Of a stretch of 64,000 nucleotides of DNA, positions 60,180-64,000 are shown piece after piece. Every line of letters begins with the position of its first letter. Position 1 is the first letter of the stretch. Position numbers and translations under genes: made by a program. The stretch spans positions 12,710,001 to 12,774,000 of the forward strand of contig NC_047031.1 in assembly GCF_902652985.1 (NCBI RefSeq), read 5' to 3'. The stretch is from Pecten maximus. Its lineage: Eukaryota. Under the pieces are notes generated by a model, which worked only from the letters and a program-made list of their open reading frames with translations, was not told where the DNA came from and searched no databases.

Positions 60180-61335
60180 AAAGCTTATCGGTAGTTACTG
60201 ACCTTTCTAGGTCTCAACTGGTGATCTTTTGCAGCCATCTTCTCTAAAAATAATTCCGCGGGTACTGTTTTCTAACTTCTACCGGAGAGTTCATATCAAA
60301 GGGAGGTAACTCAATCTATGACAAAAAGTTCGCCACATGTGTTCCAGACCCTACACCACCTTCTTATAGCTGGACACCTGTTATGTCCTTGTGTACGAGC
60401 ACAACGAGTACATGTACCCCTTTCACTGTGTGAATGTTGATTATAGTGTTTACTATGTGACTGTCTTTGGGCTTGCTGGTAATGTGTTGACGGGTTGCTT
60501 TTCTTTTTTAATTGTCTCCCCTTTCTCACCTCTTCAACATGTTTGTGACCCCTTGGTCCTTAATCTGTGACTTAACAAGCTCCGCCTGCCTAGCTGTTTG
60601 GATAGCTGTTTCCAATGTCAAATCAGCTTTCATCTGTTATTTCTCAGATATGTTCCGTTCAGCAATTCCTATTACTATTCTGTCCCTAACAAACTCGTCC
60701 TGATTAGTGAATTCATAATATTCAGCTATTTTATGCAACGCCCGGACAAATTCTTCTACCGATTCGCCGGGTGCCCGACACCTCTGATGAAACCGGGCCC
60801 TCTCATGTATGTTTCTCTTTGGAATAAAATAATTAGTGAATTTTTCCATCACTTAAACAAAATAAACCAAACCAAACCATCACTTTCTCATATTTCGCCT
60901 CATCGCCGGCGACATCGAACACTAAAGTCTAAAAGACATGCTCTGCTTGACTGCCAATAGCGTAAATCAATGCACTTATCTGTACCGCATCCTCATCCTT
61001 GTGCAGTTTCGTTGCGGTCCGATAGCGCGAGAAGCTCGTGCTCCAATCCTGCCAACCGGTAAGACGAATTTCTCTGGGGCCTGGAACTTCGCCATCTGTA
61101 CTAATCGATGTTAACAGCTCCTCTAAATCACCAGGAATTCGATGAATTTAATGGTTCTAACTTCTGACACCATGTTTCGTATTAAATACCACGAGAAGAT
61201 ATGTACTGTCTAAACTCCACATGTTTATTAACCGCCATCTTGACCGAAACCCCTACACAACACTTAGTGACGTAATATGCAATGTACACATAAAACTCAA
61301 GGGAGATAACTCTGTAAGTTGTGACGCACTTAACA
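60180..61335 (-). mobile_element. Internally deleted Mag-like gypsy element (short LTR, tRNA-Leu PBS, gag)
   Basis: PBS tggtgtcagaagt (61160-61172); MAKFQAPE..., YFIPKRNIHERARF, CTRCA..H.RCPA. Confidence 0.8.
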
Positions 61336-61409
61336 TTTTATGGTTTTAATAACAATTAAAATTGCTATGGAATAGTGATCACTACTTGTTCATTATCTGT
61401 CATCATAGA

Positions 61410-61886
61410 CAGGGCGTAAGAATTGTACCTGCTGCCTCCATTGCACGATCGTAGAAGGCGACTTAATTTGGGATCTTATCTTTTCTCTTCTTTCTGAACA
61501 ACTTTCTTCTTCCAAATGTCTACCTTGACAATGCCTCACTTTTGGCCTTTAGTTGAGCGTTCGGCGCTGTTAGGTAGGTTTTGGGTTCTGTCCCTAGGTT
61601 TTGGGTTCTGTCCCATAGCAGAGACATACCAGAGTCTTTAAAAATGGTAGTTACTACTCCTGCTTAGCGCTCAGCATACAAGGAGTGGGACGACTGGTTT
61701 TCCCGTTGTCAGTATAATTTCACCGGGTGAGGTGTGCTTCATCAGAGAGGTAGCACTATCAATCGGCAAAAGTTCCGGCCTATCACAAGGAGACTTAACA
61801 CGAACATACCGCAGCCTCCAAAAACATTCGTTGCTTTAATAACGCATCAGAACTTTCAGCTAAACAAAATAAACCAAACCAAACCT
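61410..61886 (+). mobile_element. tRNA-derived core-type SINE
   Basis: Shares a long stretch with 62372-62616; ends in an aaaataaaccaaaccaaacc tail also seen inserted at 60855 with TSD ccatcactt. Confidence 0.7.
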
Positions 61887-62371
61887 TCAGCTAGTGTACT
61901 ATTCCATGATGATCTACTTCCTTCCTATGGAGCCTGTGTAACATCTTCCAGTATCTTATCAACTTTTGTACGGGGAGCCTCCAAAACAAGTTTTTGACTA
62001 CTGAGATCTCCTTCACTTTCTATTGCATGAGTTCGAGCCAAAAAACACTTGAATTCTTCGCAAATTTCATTAAAATGCTTGAACACTGTTTTCAGTTCTT
62101 TTGTTTTTTTGAAGGTTGTATGGATCCACCATTTAATTGTTCTCTAATTGTCCCAAATAATATACTGATATTCTCCTTCACCTTTAAGCGTTTACTTGTG
62201 TAATGTTGTTTGTTCATGATAAAAACTTTCGCCTTTTTCGTTCAGAGTTCTTAATCTTTTGTAAGCAACAGCGTTTACCTGTGTCAGATTCATATTTCTC
62301 TTTCTGTTCTGAGGTATTTCTAGAAGACTAGTGGCTCCCGACAGATAACCGTACATCGTTCACTGCAGGTA

Positions 62372-62616
62372 GGGCGCGTAAGAATTGTACCTGCTACCCC
62401 CATTGCATAATCGTAAGAGGCGACTAAATTTGGGATCTTGTCTTTTCTCTTCTTTCTTTACAACTTTCTTCTTCCTAGCGTCTCCCTTGACACTGCCTCA
62501 ATTTTGGCCTTTAGTTGAGCGTTCGCCCCTGTGAGAAAGGCTTTGGGTTCTGTCCCCTTGCCGAGACATACCAAAGTCTTTAAAAATGGTAGTTGCTGCT
62601 CCTGCTTAGCGCTCAG
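62372..62616 (+). mobile_element. Second SINE copy, cut by an LTR insertion
   Basis: Aligns with 61410-61675 up to gctcag, then tgtt begins the LTR. Confidence 0.7.
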
Positions 62617-64000
62617 TGTTAATGATATATGCGTTCCGCATTGTCGGATTTGTAAATTAATACAACCGATTCTGTATTTTTGTATTACCCGCTTCCCATG
62701 ATGCTTTGTGTATTAAATATGGCTGCCTGACAGACAAGCCTCGTGTTATGAATGCACACACATGCACAGAACCCACGAATCAACATGGTGGCAGCGTCTT
62801 GGACGATGATTTGTTAAAATCTAGGTGGTATTCCGCTACTGATTGACTCTGATTTACTGTATTTTGTCGCCCTGTTAGGTGATAACGTTCGTCATGGACT
62901 CTCCGAGTCGCGCCCCTGCTCCGGCTATGGCCCCAACCCAAGTCAATAACGCATACAGTACCTCGTTACGTCTGCCCCCACAGCTCGATATAACTTCAGG
63001 AAATGTATCAGAGAATTTCAAACGCTGGAAGCGTGAAGTTGAGATATATTTAGCTGCATCGGGTGCAGGTGAACGTAACCAGCGAATTCAAACAGCAATC
63101 ATATTGAATTGCGCGGGATCACATGTTTTAGAGATCTATGACAGATCACGTGGGAAGAGGAAGGGGACAAGGACGACCCCAATAAAGTATTGCAAGCTCT
63201 TGAGAAATATTGCAATCCCCGCGACAACGAGGTATTAGAATCACATAGGTTTTGGAACCTACCCTATCAAGAACCTTTTGATAAATTCCTGACTGAAATG
63301 AAAACCAGAGTGTCTGCATGTAACTTTCAGGAAAAAGAGAGAATGATGCGCGATAAAATAGTGTTCACAGTAACAGGAAAGTTACAGGAACTCTTGTTGA
63401 GGGAAGATAAACTCACCCTTGAGAAAGCTGTCAAGGTTTGTAGGGCATTTGAACAATCAAATAAGCAAGTAAGAGAACTTCGTGACACTAACCCCACATC
63501 GAGAGTGAACAAAGTCGCTAGTAACTATAACCAGAAACCAAACTCGAAGGGGAGGAAACCGTTCGTGAAACCTCAAAGTCAACAGAAACCCTCGAGACCG
63601 TCGCGTACCAATACCAGTTCTAGTAAAGGACCTGAATGTACTTTTTGTGGTTATCAGCATGCTCGACAAAAGGAGAAATGCCCAGCATGGGGTGCTACCT
63701 GTGATTTTTGTACAGGACGAAACCATTTCAAAGCAAAATGTAAGAAGGTACACGCAGTGTCACTCGCAAATGAGGACACATGTCTTGATGATGAAGATGG
63801 AGCATGGCTCATGGCAGTTGATTCCGGCAAACAACGAATACATGCGTCTTTGACTGTAAATGACAATTCTGTGAAATTTCAGCTTGACAGTGCTGCTGAT
63901 GTTAATACTATTTGTCAAAAACATGTGAGAAAGCCCCAAGTAACGCCCACAAAAGTGAAGTTAAATATGTGGAACAAGACTAACGTGGAACCTCTTGGGC
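62617..64000 (+). mobile_element. Gypsy element 5' end (LTR 62617-62785, tRNA-Leu PBS, gag-protease), continuing beyond the window
   Basis: TG...CA LTR, PBS tggtggcagcg, GNVSENFKRWK, CTFCG..H..CPAWGATCDFC...H, FQLDSAAD. Confidence 0.88.

Overview
This is a eukaryotic (animal) scaffold, AT-rich, with two 500-N gaps at 16380-16879 and 33744-34243. The repeat types (HINE/pearl-type satellite carrier, core-type SINEs) suggest a bivalve mollusc, which is an inference. Almost the whole window is a nested patchwork of mobile DNA: an intact Tc1 (DD34E) plus a half copy, several Ty3/gypsy elements (one near-complete gag-pol-env), many 5'-truncated I-group LINE copies, Polinton-type pPolB relics, SINEs and satellites. 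The standout is a ~16 kb island (about 5720-22020) that looks like an integrated piece of a large nuclear DNA virus. It has compact, intronless, mostly intact ORFs: a family-B DNA polymerase that stops cleanly after motif A, a ZP-domain protein, a lectin-mucin membrane protein, a possible Snf7/ESCRT-III mimic and an F-box protein. It also carries a cluster of death-pathway decoys (tandem death domain, pseudocaspase, DED-like genes), hr-like palindrome arrays and a candidate structured ncRNA. Element orientation is strongly strand-biased and flips at the second gap, which is compatible with a piRNA-cluster-like locus. All protein assignments are by eye from motifs; no searches were run.
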